A DNA stretch of 63,333 bases, counting the filler, from Choristocarpus tenellus KU-1152 (taxonomy: Eukaryota; Protista; Phaeophyceae), in the NCBI GenBank assembly GCA_964200185.2. It is 12 parts of 12 records of this genome, joined end to end, with 100 filler letters (N's around TTAATTAATTAA, not from the genome) between each part and the next. Parts side by side here need not be neighbours in the genome. Positions count along the whole stretch, not along the records: positions 11,897 to 15,340 come from CAXNAD020019984.1; positions 15,441 to 18,649 come from CAXNAD020021527.1; positions 18,750 to 24,315 come from CAXNAD020010401.1; positions 24,416 to 34,040 come from CAXNAD020003523.1; 8 more parts are not named here. One strand, 5' to 3'. A model generated the notes under the pieces. The model was not told the DNA's origin and did no database searches. It was given only the letters and a program-made list of their open reading frames with translations. Below, piece after piece: positions 13,658 through 25,383 of the stretch (its first letter is position 1; each line of letters opens with the position of its first letter). Made by a program: the position numbers and the translations under genes.

Positions 13658-15285
13658 TTTATGGTACTGGACTGTATCTACAGACTAAGGAGAGAGTAGC
13701 CGATGTTATAACAAGTTTGATACAGCAAGTTATCATTATTGTCCAATAGGCTGTACAAAACACTTAAGAATCTATCGTTAGTGTTGTGTGATTGTACCAG
13801 CACTCGCAAGAGCACATTTTGTGTGACAGGAACTCTTCATCAAGTATCACAAAGATTGGTATGACCAAGCAGTCAGTGTATCAACTGAACTGAAGATTCG
13901 GATACTCAAGACAGGAGATCTCGGACTGTATGGCTTGGACACTCAGGACAGACCACTACATCCAGGTTTGTATCCAGCACTGCTTCAAAGCTGCGTCAGG
14001 GTAGCGCCAGTGGAAACATGCGGATCACCCATTGCCATGCAGATACGTGCTAGTGAGAACTGGGTACCTGAGTATCAAACTGAAAAAATGTAAACGAAGG
14101 CTGTTCCTGTTCTCGTGTCTTCTAGTGCAAATGGACAATCCTCATCTGCCCAAGAACTTCAACCTAAAAGGGGAATGCGAAAGAACTGATATACGGGTGA
14201 ACTCCAAAAGATTGCAAAACAAAACTTAAATGCAAGACGGCCAAAACCTGGTTACCTCTCATTCACTTTGATTCAAAAGAAAAATATATATATGAGAAGA
14301 AATTGGGATCATGCTGGAGATTGTAAGGTTTGCATATCATGTCAGGGATGCGGTGTTGACTGGTGGTTTGGATGTTATGCCCAGATTTCCACAGTTTGTA
14401 CCAGCAATGCCGAAAATAGATTAAACTGATCCACATACGCTTTTCTCACATGCACAGGCCAACGTTGTGTATAGGCTCAACCATTTCCACGCACAACCTT
14501 TTGTTGATCGCAGTTTGTTTGCGTTTTTGGAGATTCCACGCCAATACTAAGAAATATCCCTTCGCCTCCCGAAAACAAGACACAAAGGTTCAGTTTGTTC
14601 GACCTTGACTTGAATGATTTTGCAACGAAAACGCCTTCAAACCATGTCAGCCCTGAACTTAGAATAAAACAGGCGACAAATTCGCTGGGAGTAAACTTTC
14701 ATCTCTTGGCACAGCCACCAGGGGAGATCGATGCCCTCAAAGCCTGTTTTCCTGAGCGGTCTACTGGTACAAGGAGGATCAACCAGTGATTGTTTGAGCT
14801 GTCGAATTTCATTGATTCAGATGAACTGACCAGTCCAGATTTGGTGTGGCAAGTAGAACTAAAGGAAGCGGTAAGATATGGCGAACAACAACAACAACAA
14901 CAACAACAATCCCTACACACGCAAAGATATGCTCGTACATACACATATGCTAGATATGTGTTCCTCTACACTTAGCACTCCGACCGTATAACGGTAACAG
15001 AGGGAAACATGTGTCTGTGTTGTTTTGCACGAACTCTTTTAGCTCACAGTGGCAAGACACATGAATTCACAAATATACGTATGGAATTTACAGCAATGTG
15101 GATGTAATATTCTCCCCGCAGATACGAACCTGTGTCTCTTCCTTATCGTGTATGAGGTGATAATGCATAAGAGCACAAAATATTACTTAAGTGCTCAAGA
15201 AAATGGATACTGAGAAACATAAAGGCCTTGTGTGTGCCACCCTCTCCTCGCGCTTTCAGGGAGTATTATCTATTAATATTACTTC

Positions 15286-15340
15286 TGTTACAGGCGCCCC
15301 TCAATGCCCACCTTCCAGGATGTACAACTCAAATCCAACG
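15286..15340 (+). repeat. LTR-like terminus (TGTTACAGGCGCCCCTCA...), truncated by gap
   Basis: Inverted homolog of 13602-13657. Confidence 0.6.
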
Positions 15341-15748
15341 NNNNNNNNNNNNNNNNNNNNNNNNNNNNNNNNNNNNNNNNNNNNTTAATTAATTAANNNN
15401 NNNNNNNNNNNNNNNNNNNNNNNNNNNNNNNNNNNNNNNNCTGTTTAACTACTCTTAATGTACTACTTTTTTTTTTTGCCTGCTTACCGCTATATACTCT
15501 CTACATGCTTTCATCTGTGTTGTTGAAAATATATTTTTATAAACTTATAAAAATAAATGTTTATCTTGTTCTCCCCCCCTGCTGCTGGACTAGAAATGTG
15601 AACAAGGTTGAACCTGTACCACCTCATTAGGGTGTACCTCATTAGGGTGTCCATTATGCCCCTGCCGTTGCAGTCAGAGGAGAGGGGCTGTCCACATCCA
15701 GAACGAGTGATGTACTCAAAGGGTATGTGTCAGGGCTGTTGCAGAAGT

Positions 15749-15883
15749 TGAGAGAAAGAGAAAGAGAGAGAGAGAAAGAGAGAAAGAGAGAAAGAGAAAG
15801 AGAAAGGGATAGGGAAAAAGAGAGAGAAAAAGAAAAAGAAAAAGAAAAAGAAAAAGAGAGAAATAGAGAAATAGAGAGAGAGA
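15749..15883. repeat. AG-rich microsatellite (AGAAAAG/AGAG mixed)
   Basis: Polypurine low-complexity tract read directly. Confidence 0.9.
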
Positions 15884-16024
15884 TGAAGCACAGCCGTAGA
15901 AATTAAGCCTTTTTTTATTCTTATGGATCATGCCACTACGTTTGCATCACAATAATTCTTGAGTATGTTGGTATGTGGGGGGGGGGGGGGGGGGGGGGGA
16001 AAAAAAAAAAAAAAAATTTTGGAG

Positions 16025-16055
<31 letters not shown>

Positions 16056-16620
16056 CCATGTTCGTCACAAATATATTTTTTTATTTAAATTGTGGCAATA
16101 CAGTTTTCGGTCTTGTTTTTTCATTGAAAATAAAAAGAATGTCCGATGCTCTTGAATTGTTAAAATAGAGACTGCGACGCTCTTGTTTTCTATTTTTATT
16201 GTAGGAGAGTTGGGGTAGAAAATGAATCTATTTTACCCTTATCGTTTTGTTTTCTTTGTGAGACCAGTCTTCACGGTAGGTAAAAAAAAAGGTATTTATT
16301 AAATTATTATTTGTTTTTTTATTAAACTGAATCCGTAGAGCTCTTGCATTATGTCTTATTATTTCTTAGCTGGAGGCTAAGGATTGAATCCGTCTTTAAT
16401 GAACTTATTTTTTTGAGGTAGAACAAAAATCACTACAAAATTAAGATAAAAACAAAAATCAATCTTAATTTGATAAAATTGTATCGTCCGAGAAGCATAA
16501 GCTGTGTCCATTGAGGATGCCTTCCTCATCACTCATACTTTTCACCTCTCCCTTTTTATAATAGTATACTTTAAAATTTTTCTTATTATAATTTTCTGTC
16601 TGCTCAAAAAAAAAGAAAAT

Positions 16621-16901
16621 ATGGTAAGGATTCGAGCTGTCCAGAAGAAGAGGGCATCCCCTTTTCCGCAGGTATCATCGTCCAAGAAGATTGCCCGTCC
16701 TCACCCAGATCGAGCACTCTATGCCAAGGGCCTGTGTCAGGGCTGGTACAGGAGGTGAGTTTTGATTTGAATCATGTGCTACACAGTATGTATATATATT
16801 TTCAGAACATATCGTGGCAGGGGTGAAATAAGTTTCAAAGTGTTTATGTATTTATGTATGTCTGTATGTATGTATGTATGTATATGTGTATGTATGTATT
16901 A

Positions 16902-16936
<35 letters not shown>

Positions 16937-18016
16937 TTTATTCGAAATATTGTAGTAGGTGTTTTTTATTTTTGCTGATAATGCTGAAGAAATTTATTGA
17001 TATGGAATAGAATAAAAAGTATATACATTAAAATATGTATTTGTACATGTGTGTGTATGTATTACGTGTTGTGTATAGATGTGTTTATATTTGAAAGGAG
17101 GAAATGATACTGGGTTTACTCTAGAACAGGATTTTTATTTGTATAGAGTTGAGAACAAGAAAGCTGGAGGAAAGGTGAAGTATGTTTTCTTTATGATACA
17201 CTTTTAAGATTGTATTGTAAATTGTCTCTGGTAGAGTTGTAGCTCTGCTTGGGCACACCTGTAATGGTGCTGGCCTAGGAGAGAGGGGGGGAGGGTGGCG
17301 AGGAAAGGGTTCAGTTGGGAAGACTGGAATGGAATGAGGTGTTCTTGTTCTTGGCTTTCCAATGGAGTTGAGGATTATTGCTATGGAGTGGTGTGATACT
17401 GGCTACAGTGCAGTGTGACATTTGTATACTCTACCAGTTACGATACATATCATCACACTTTTTCTATTGGATTAGCATTGTTGGGGCTACAGAGCAGTCT
17501 TATATTGGCTACAGAGTGGTGTGATGTTGGCTATAAAGTAGTCTGTTGCTGGTACGTTACCATTACTGCACACTATGTAATTCTTATTTTTGTATTGCTA
17601 GCTTGTAAGTAGGAGTTATAGAGGGGTTTGATACTGGCTACAGAGTGGGGTTATGTTGGCTACAGAGTGGTCTGGTATTGGTATATACTACAATAGTAGT
17701 AATTTGTTTTAATTCTACTCAGTTAGTACAGTACAGGCCAACAGCTCACTGGGAATATACGAGATCTATATGTTTCCGCAGCAAGCTGGATGCAACTGAA
17801 TGATAAGGCATATAACCCTTTTGACCTTACGCCTTTCTTCCATTTTTGCTTGCAGATCAAGAGGAAATGTTGGACTTGATCAGAAGAGGGATGTGTTCTT
17901 ATGTGTGTGTGTGGTGGCTTCACCTGCTTCACCTGTTCGATGTCAGGAGAGATGCGTTGTTGGCATCTGGAGAGGGTTCTCTATGCCAAGAATATGTTCC
18001 AGAGTTGTTACGGGAG
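16621..18016 (+). pseudogene. Spliced Cys/His-rich zinc-finger-like gene with in-frame TGA (pseudogene or recoded)
   Basis: Exons 16621-16754, 17147-17174 and 17856-18016 join in frame: ...RPHPDRALYAKGLCQGWYRR|VENKKAGGK|IKRKCWT*SEEGCVLMCVCGGFTCFTCSMSGEMRCWHLERVLYAKNMFQSCYGR. It holds two copies of a CxHxxRxLYAKxxCQxCYxR-like motif. Confidence 0.55.
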
Positions 18017-18076
18017 GTGGGTGACGAGTGTGACTTGATTTTATTGTCAAATGCTCTGGTTCTATGGTACATGTAT

Positions 18077-18077
<1 letters not shown>

Positions 18078-18131
<54 letters not shown>
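18078..18131. repeat. (GT)n microsatellite
   Basis: Perfect GT dinucleotide run. Confidence 0.95.
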
Positions 18132-18479
18132 GACATGAAGTGCTTTTTGTTTTCTTTCCTTTAAAATATTTTTCCTTTGCGACTATTTTTTTTTTTTTCA
18201 TTTTTTTTTATGGTGTGTGTATGAATCCGGTGTCAGGAGATGTAAGGTGAAAAGACAGAAGAGATGTATCGACATGTGCAGAGAGGGAGAAAAATATAAT
18301 GATAATAATAATAATAATTATAATAATAATGAAGAAGTGAAAGAACAATAACTTGAGGTGGTTTAATAATATGTGTATATTTATTTTGTTGTATACATTA
18401 TGTTTGAATGTGTGTGTGTGTGTGTGTGTGTCTAGTGTGATAAGCGATGCTGTATGAAGAATACTCCTGGTTGGTCTGT

Positions 18480-18649
18480 GGCTCAAAGTATCTGGAGGGG
18501 GTGGCGGCTCTCCATATGTGGCCAATTTTTTCATGTCGTGATTTTTCGGTGATTTGGTTCCATAAGTTGGATGGATAATGAAAGTGCTCTTTTCCTGGTT
18601 TTGGTCCAAATGGACACTCTGGTGTAGACCCCCCCCCCCCCCCCCCCCC
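18480..18649 (-). mobile_element. MITE subfamily A copy (inverted, truncated at poly-C by gap)
   Basis: Starts ggctcaaagtatctgg; the internal sequence is the reverse complement of 20049-20221. Confidence 0.85.
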
Positions 18650-18749
18650 NNNNNNNNNNNNNNNNNNNNNNNNNNNNNNNNNNNNNNNNNNNNTTAATTA
18701 ATTAANNNNNNNNNNNNNNNNNNNNNNNNNNNNNNNNNNNNNNNNNNNN

Positions 18750-18877
18750 AAGGTGTGTCCGGAACAAGGATATTGACACCTCCTAACAAACACATTAGCC
18801 AAAATTACATCAAAACCGCAACATTGGGTTTTGGCCCCCAAATGGACGCAGCTCTACCCTCTAAGATACTTTGGCTC
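18750..18877 (+). mobile_element. MITE subfamily B, right part
   Basis: Near-identical to 61266-61393 and ends taccctctaagatactttggctc. Confidence 0.85.
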
Positions 18878-19040
18878 ATATATGACGTAAAATCAAATTG
18901 AAGTGCATGTTGCCTTCAACTGTAGACAGCAGATATGCCAAGCACTGTGTGTCCAGCCCTTCTATTATTGGGCATGTAATGATCTGGATGTCAGCACGTT
19001 TACTGGTGGTGGTGGTGGTGACGGCGTTGTTGTTTGACAG

Positions 19041-19210
19041 GTGCGCCACAGTGGAAACTTCAGCATGGACAACTGGCTGTTGACTCACATGATGGGTGGT
19101 ATCAACTACCAAATAGAGCACCATCTATTCCCCTCCATGTCCCACATGCACTACCAGGATATTGCACCCATTGTACAAGCCACCTGTGACGATTTTGGGG
19201 TTCCTTACAG
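19041..19210 (+). CDS. Front-end (delta5/delta6-type) fatty acid desaturase, exon with third His box
   Basis: gacag|VRHSGNFSMDNWLLTHMMGGINYQIEHHLFPSMSHMHYQDIAPIVQATCDDFGVPY|gtgagg; QIEHHLFP is the family motif. Confidence 0.92.
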
Positions 19211-20048
19211 GTGAGGAAGGATGACCTAACATTACAAAGTCACTTTGGACCCTAGTTAGGTTTATCAGCATCAACCAATGCCTAGAACAAGCCAACCTTG
19301 GAAAATCACACTCCGACCCAAGATATCTGTTGTAAGTGCCGAAGCCGTGGTGTTTTTCAGTGCTTCCATTGTGACATCATCGTTCAAAGGTGTATGGAAG
19401 AGGTCGAGAATATGATGGTAAACTATCATATGTTTTCGAATAGCGTGACTTACATCAAGCTTTAAGGCAAGATCTTAAGTGTCGGAGGCAGTGATTGACT
19501 GTTGGCAATGAGGTTCTAGTCCACACCTAATGTAAAACTACGTACATACCCTTCAAAAAACGGTGTCGCAGGAGCACTTCAATATTACAACTCTCTCTAT
19601 TGTAGCACAATGTGGTTAGATATGCCAGTTGTGCATGAAAAGCTTGTAGAAGCAATTGCAACGTTTTTTCCTAGTCTATGCTGGATACTATACATTGGCA
19701 TATGAAGTAGGATGAAGACTCTGTTTGAAACATGAAAACGCAGCATACATTTGTATTTATTGGAGTACTACCTGAACATCGATTCAGGCAGGGAAGCAGT
19801 GTGTTGTTCACGCCCTCTACCACATGTATACGTTGGGTATATTATGTTCAATTATTTGGAACCTAAACTGCCTTCATTGTTCCAAGTGATATTGAGTGTT
19901 TATTTGATTGTGTCTTCCATCCAAACTACACTATTGTAGTTCAATTCTGTAGAGAGGACCGGCAGGCAAGGATAATATCACCACTTCCTGAGACGCTAGG
20001 TTGTCATCATAACTCTTTGTGTACATGCTTTCGGCAAACACTGGTTGA

Positions 20049-20221
20049 GGGTAAAAGTATCTGGAGGGGGGAGGGGGTCTACACCAGGGTGTCCATTTGA
20101 CCCTAAATCAGGAAAAGTGCATTTACTTTATCCATCCGAAGTATGCAGCCAAATCACCCAAAAATCGCGACATGAAAAAATTGACCCCAAATGGCCACCC
20201 CCCCCCTAGATACTTTGAGCC
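20049..20221 (+). mobile_element. Complete MITE (subfamily A), PIF/Harbinger (Tourist)-like
   Basis: Imperfect 16-bp TIRs gggtaaaagtatctgg / ctagatactttgagcc flanked by the 3-bp direct repeat TGA (20046-20048 and 20222-20224). Four more copies lie in the window. Confidence 0.85.
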
Positions 20222-20419
20222 TGATGCTGTGAATTTATGTGATTGATATGAAAGTACTCGCTGCCAACACGAAGTGCCTCTGCCATCTTTGCTTCGATTC
20301 AATTGTTGTGGCTTGATGAGGCTATAGATTGCAATGGGAATATAGTAAGTTGTCTTGTTCCATTTTGGAGCTGGAGCAGGTCCTTGCTCTCTCAGGTCCA
20401 TATTACTAGGATTTCAATA

Positions 20420-23060
20420 GCCCTGAGAGCACCTCAGGGACAATGAGATTATTGGGGTTGAGTATCTAGACCATGAGTATAATTACATCTGACGGGTGTG
20501 CCCTCCCACATGAGGAGGTTGATGATGAAGGTAAAGGGGGATATGAAAACGAGTAGAAGGAATCAGAACGCCTAAGGTTCAGCTTGCCATCCAGCAAGAA
20601 AGGAGAAGAGTGTCCAGGAGTGGATAAAAATGAACCCCTTTGACCGAGGGATCCCATTTGACACTACGTTCAACATGTACCTCCAACATATACTCCAAGT
20701 AAACAAGGAGATACAAGCCATGTAGTATACAAATATGTGGCCCTGTTCACACACTGTCCGTGTTGGGGGGGGGGAGGGGAGAGCACCCAAAGGTGCAGAA
20801 GGGCTTCACTATATGGTGATTTACAAGCTATATGCAGGAGGAGTTCAGCTGCTGCTATAGGTGGGTTGGAAAACTTGATGGCCAGAGAGCACATACAGTA
20901 TGTGGACGATGAGAGCAGAACTTGCAATGGATCTGTTCATGTGCAGACAGGACAGGGCTTCTATTTTTCTGCACTTGACCAAACTTGATAAAGCTGCGTT
21001 CTGGGCACTCCTCCTAAAGAGCCAGACTTGGAGTGCATGTTCTCACCATCTGTGAATGTTGCAACAATACAAACACCTTGGGACAAAAATATTGCCTACT
21101 CCCTGTGTGTTCCTGCAGCACATCCGACTTAAGGATGCATGGCAGGTTGTCAAGAATGGAAAGAAAAAAAATAGCTACTTGATGTAAATTCTAAACTACA
21201 GTCATGTTTCAATTATTTTGAGTACAGTTTTGGCACACAAAGAGATCTCGAGTCAATTAACCTTCGATTTATGCCCTATGAAAAAATGAGAGACGGCACA
21301 CCATAAAATCAAAATGTTTCAAAGTATTTTCAAATCTACAGGGACACTGACGGCCATCATAGAAGTAGAGAGATTGGTAACACTTGCAGTGAGCTGGTTA
21401 TTGAATACCCTCTGCTGCAATCCTGTATATACTCTCTCAAATCATATACCTAGCACCTCCTCACAACTTGTGGTGTATCCTTCTACGATAGCTTCCGGAT
21501 CCTTAAGGTTTGCTTAGGTATATCACATGAGAACAAGCATCTCATGAGTAAGGTTCATTGTCGCACATGTACTTACATTTCAATGGGGTCAATACATATT
21601 CCTGTTTCCCTTTATAGGGCCATGTTCTCTACAATGTGGGGGAGAATGAAAGTTGTCATGCATGACTTAAGTGCCCCACTTCGTATTGGTTGCTTTCCAA
21701 AGGCAGTGCAATGCACTGTTTCATACTGGGAACAGCGGACTTCACTTTTTTTGTGGGAATGCTGGTTCTATTTCGATATTAGTGCAGTAGCAGCACTTGC
21801 AAAACATTTGTGACCTTTGCAATGATATGTTCAAGCTGACTGACAAACTTTGTACTTCCACACATGCCCCTTGTTGTTCCCTCTGCTATGTTGTCGTACT
21901 CCGAACACAGCTTTCATCCCACCCTGTGGTCTGCCTACATATCCTTCTTGAAGAATATGAAACACTGCAGTTGTACATTCAGCTCAAAATCGCTTTGTAA
22001 GTTGGACAAGATCGAGTGAAAAGGTCCCCCTCCATAATGGTTGATCAATCGGCGCTCTTGACTTTCTTGTCCCACCTGGCCCTTCAATTGACCCTCCTGG
22101 CCTTTAGTTCTCACATATGAATGCAGGGTAGCCTCCTACGAATACATTTTCACCCATCAAAAGCTCTTGGCACTTTCGATGGTTTGGGGTATTAAGTATT
22201 TCAAAGGTAGATGCTTACGCTGTTAAGATGAGGATATGAATTGTTTCTGATGTGTGTTTGTCTTGTCTACGAGGTATATGACGGCTCCCAGCTGCCCTGG
22301 GTAGCCATGTTATGAAGTTGGAGAGTTGTAGTAAACGTGGAAGTTAGATTATCTTTTGGTCATGTTTGTAGGCTTTGTTTTCTTAGGTGCGTTTGCTTAC
22401 AGCACAATGGCAAAGAGGTATATGTTCAATAAGAGTTTTCTGTTTTTGTCCTACCTTCACCCTGGGAATAGTGAGACATCAAAAAGTGGAGTACAGGTTG
22501 CGCAGTTTCTATAGGTGCCACCTCTCTCTCCACTCCTCCCAGGTCCCTTTCAAGTCAAGGTGATGCATGTTTTTGTATTGTGACAATAGTTTAATTGCAA
22601 GGAAAAACCCAGCAGGGTATACGAACATTGGTTCTGGCGACTATGGTCATGAAGGGGGGATATAGCGGATGCTATAGCCAACCTCTAAATATCATCTGAG
22701 TAGTATTTGATTCATAGAGGGACCCTGAGAAGAGTTTGCTATGGATTTGGTCAACCAATCCGAAGAGCATAACTCCTGGGTAAGAAGGAAATTTTGAGTT
22801 GACTAGCATCTTCTGAGCATTGCCTTTGAATGTTTCTTTAGAGTGTATGTGTTCCTGCTCAACACGGAAGTAAGCCCAAAAGATGGTGTACGTGATGAGG
22901 GTTCCTTGTTGCCATTCAAAGGTATCAGCAGCAGACAGTTATCCGCGCAAGAACCACCAAACTAGGGACCAGGTCAATGGAATTAGGTGAGGGAATTGTG
23001 AGTGAGGCAAAATATAGGGAGTCAGGTAGGTGTTAGACACCAACGTCTCAGCAGCGAATA
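20420..23060 (-). mobile_element. Highly decayed non-LTR (LINE-like) retroelement remnants
   Basis: Only patchy, frameshifted RT-like peptides by eye; boundaries are approximate. Confidence 0.25.
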
Positions 23061-23624
23061 CCACATCTTTCTACGGTTTTGAGGCACACATGCTGACATC
23101 CCATGCCATGCAGTAACAACATGGCACACAGCTGGTAACATACACAAAATTTGTTGTGAGGTAACTATCACATCCGCGAAAAAGTGACGGTACTAGAAAG
23201 TTGACTAATTGGCAAGTTGGAAGAACCTTGACGGATGGGTGAGAAGGGAAGGGATGGGAAAGAAAGGATTTATAACTTTTTTTTGTATGTAAAATGTGAA
23301 AATAAGTAAGATGATATCCTCGTACAGAACGGATCATTAGAATTGGGGGTGTCCATCATCGGGTTCCTCAAGAAGAGTAGGCCCTGTTGGGAACGTCTAT
23401 GCCAGCAATCCGTCAAGCACAAACCTAGCGAGTGTCAAAACGGAAAGGCCTTCCACGCTACGTCAAGTATAATTCATATAGTGGTAACAGTAGCTTCGCC
23501 CTCTGGGGTTGTCCTGTCGTAACGTTTGATGTAGACATCGGATTAAAAAAATAAAAGCATATTCGTGATGCCCGTCACAAGGCCCTCCAGACTACTTTGT
23601 GTTTTTTTCGCCATTTTTTTTTTA

Positions 23625-23705
23625 AGAAAGACCGCTCTTATTGGGATTCGAACCCTGGATTGTAGGTCACCAAGAGTCGCAACAGATGCATTATTACTTG
23701 ATTGA
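23625..23705 (-). mobile_element. tRNA-derived SINE-like relic
   Basis: Minus-strand B-box GGTTCGAATCCC (23643-23654) followed by an A-rich tail; no cloverleaf can be folded. Confidence 0.4.
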
Positions 23706-23740
23706 AGTATAGGGTTTAGGTGGGAAAAAAGCCTCCCAAC

Positions 23741-24315
23741 CCTTTCTTTCTGTGTGTTTGCGCACCCACTCTTTGACCTTGGCAAGGATGTCCTCGTCGA
23801 CGCTCAGAACGAAACGCCTCTCGTACCGTCCTTGCTCCGACACCTTGATGTAGCCCTTAGTTAGGAAGTCTCTCTCATTTACTCACAGTTTCTGACCTGA
23901 TCATCGCATATCCTGCTGCCATCTCGAGCGCCGTTTGATGGTCTTTCCTGTTGTTCATGCAAGGTACAGAATTCGCAGTGTTAGAGCCTTTACTATCACA
24001 TTTCCTCGTTGAGCGCCGGAAATGGGCGTCGTACATGTTTCCTGGGCGGGTGACATTTTATCATCAAGGCACAAGGGCGAGGGAGGACAGGCTTGAGTTG
24101 ATCGAAAATTGTATTGATTTCTTGAATGAATGCAGGCTGGGAGAAAGCCTTCATCAACTTTACACGTCCAACCCTAAGTCCAGGAACAAAAGTGAATGTA
24201 CGGCATCTTGCAAGAAGTGGGAAACACCAAACCATCGGTGTGCAAATAGTCCCAATCTCACCTCCCCTTCTTCCCTGGCGTCCTCGTCGATGGCTACCTC
24301 CACCTGCTTCGCGAC
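23741..24315 (-). mobile_element. Intron-containing DDE transposase-like pseudogene fragment
   Basis: Exon-like 23947-23741 encodes ...RDFLTKGYIKVSEQGRYERRFVLSVDEDILAKVKEWVRKH with upstream stops. This resembles the S.QG.....DED.....W.R region of IS630/Tc1-related eukaryotic transposases. Confidence 0.35.
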
Positions 24316-24436
24316 NNNNNNNNNNNNNNNNNNNNNNNNNNNNNNNNNNNNNNNNNNNNTTAATTAATTAANNNNNNNNNNNNNNNNNNNNNNNNNNNNN
24401 NNNNNNNNNNNNNNNCCGTTAGGATGCATCTTACCC

Positions 24437-24624
24437 CGCAAGCATTGAAGCATCTCGCGCAGGTGCGTGTTGATCGCCTCTTCTTCGATGAGGAGTCTTG
24501 GCTCGGCGGCAATGGACACTATGGCGAGTTTTGCCGCGTTGCGGAAGGAGAAATCACCAAGCTTGTCTAACAATACCGTTGGATCCAGAGGGCAAATGTC
24601 GTGTAGTGCAGGTTTCTCACTCCT
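24437..24624 (-). CDS. Isolated exon of an unknown protein
   Basis: gcag|SEKPALHDICPLDPTVLLDKLGDFSFRNAAKLAIVSIAAEPRLLIEEEAINTHLREMLQCLR|gtaaga is open and has good splice sites. Confidence 0.45.
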
Positions 24625-24805
24625 GCTTGGACATCATGACACACGATACAGTAGACAGACAGCACGACAAGAAGGACGGCATAGTAAGCTACGGTGCATC
24701 TTCAAAATAAAATAAAAACATATCGACACTTTATCCCAGTCAATTTTGGGTCAAGCCCATCCTCAATGAAAAGCTCCATCCTCAATTTTTGAAATCGGCT
24801 GTTCA

Positions 24806-25383
24806 TTGAAGAGACTGTCATGGGTTGAGATTTGGATTTGGGACAGTGGAACCACACATATCTTTACAATGACCAATAAGAACATGTTTAATTGGGAAGC
24901 TTGTGATGGAACAGTTGAAGTTGGGGGTGGTGTAACACTTGACATTGTGGGGAAGGGGGACATCAAATTGGAATGTGTTCTAAGTAGTAAATTGGAGACT
25001 GTTATCTACACTGATGTATTCGTAGTGCCTGACCTTGGTGTGAAATTGTATTCTATCGAGGCTTGCATTCGAGAAGGTCACAGTTACTGGTCTGTCGACT
25101 CCACCACTAGAATCTCAACTTTTCGGGACAATGGGGAACGGAATCTCACGTTTACGTCATTGGGGGAGGAAAAATGATTTTCATTAGGGGTCGAAGAGTA
25201 ATTGCGATGAACCCGCCAGACTCTACTAATAATGTCCCTACGATTGATGCAAGACCTGTTTCTGGGAAACCAAGAATACACTTGACCCGGAATACTACTG
25301 CGTCGATGGATGTAAACAGGCTGCACGTGCGATTAGGTCATGTAAAACAAGAGATGTTAGCCCAGGACCAAGAGCCCATATGA
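24806..25383 (+). mobile_element. Ty1/Copia pol fragment (protease + GAG-pre-integrase), disrupted
   Basis: WIWDSGTTH...GKGDI...DVFVVPDLGVKLYSI (Copia aspartic protease), then a frameshift to MDVNRLHVRLGH. Confidence 0.9.

Noticed and set aside
15959-16168. Poly-Gly/poly-Lys ORFs
   Set aside because: Translation of G and A homopolymers, probably low-quality sequence.
23625-23705. Functional tRNA gene
   Set aside because: Only the T-arm/B-box is recognisable; no acceptor or anticodon stem.
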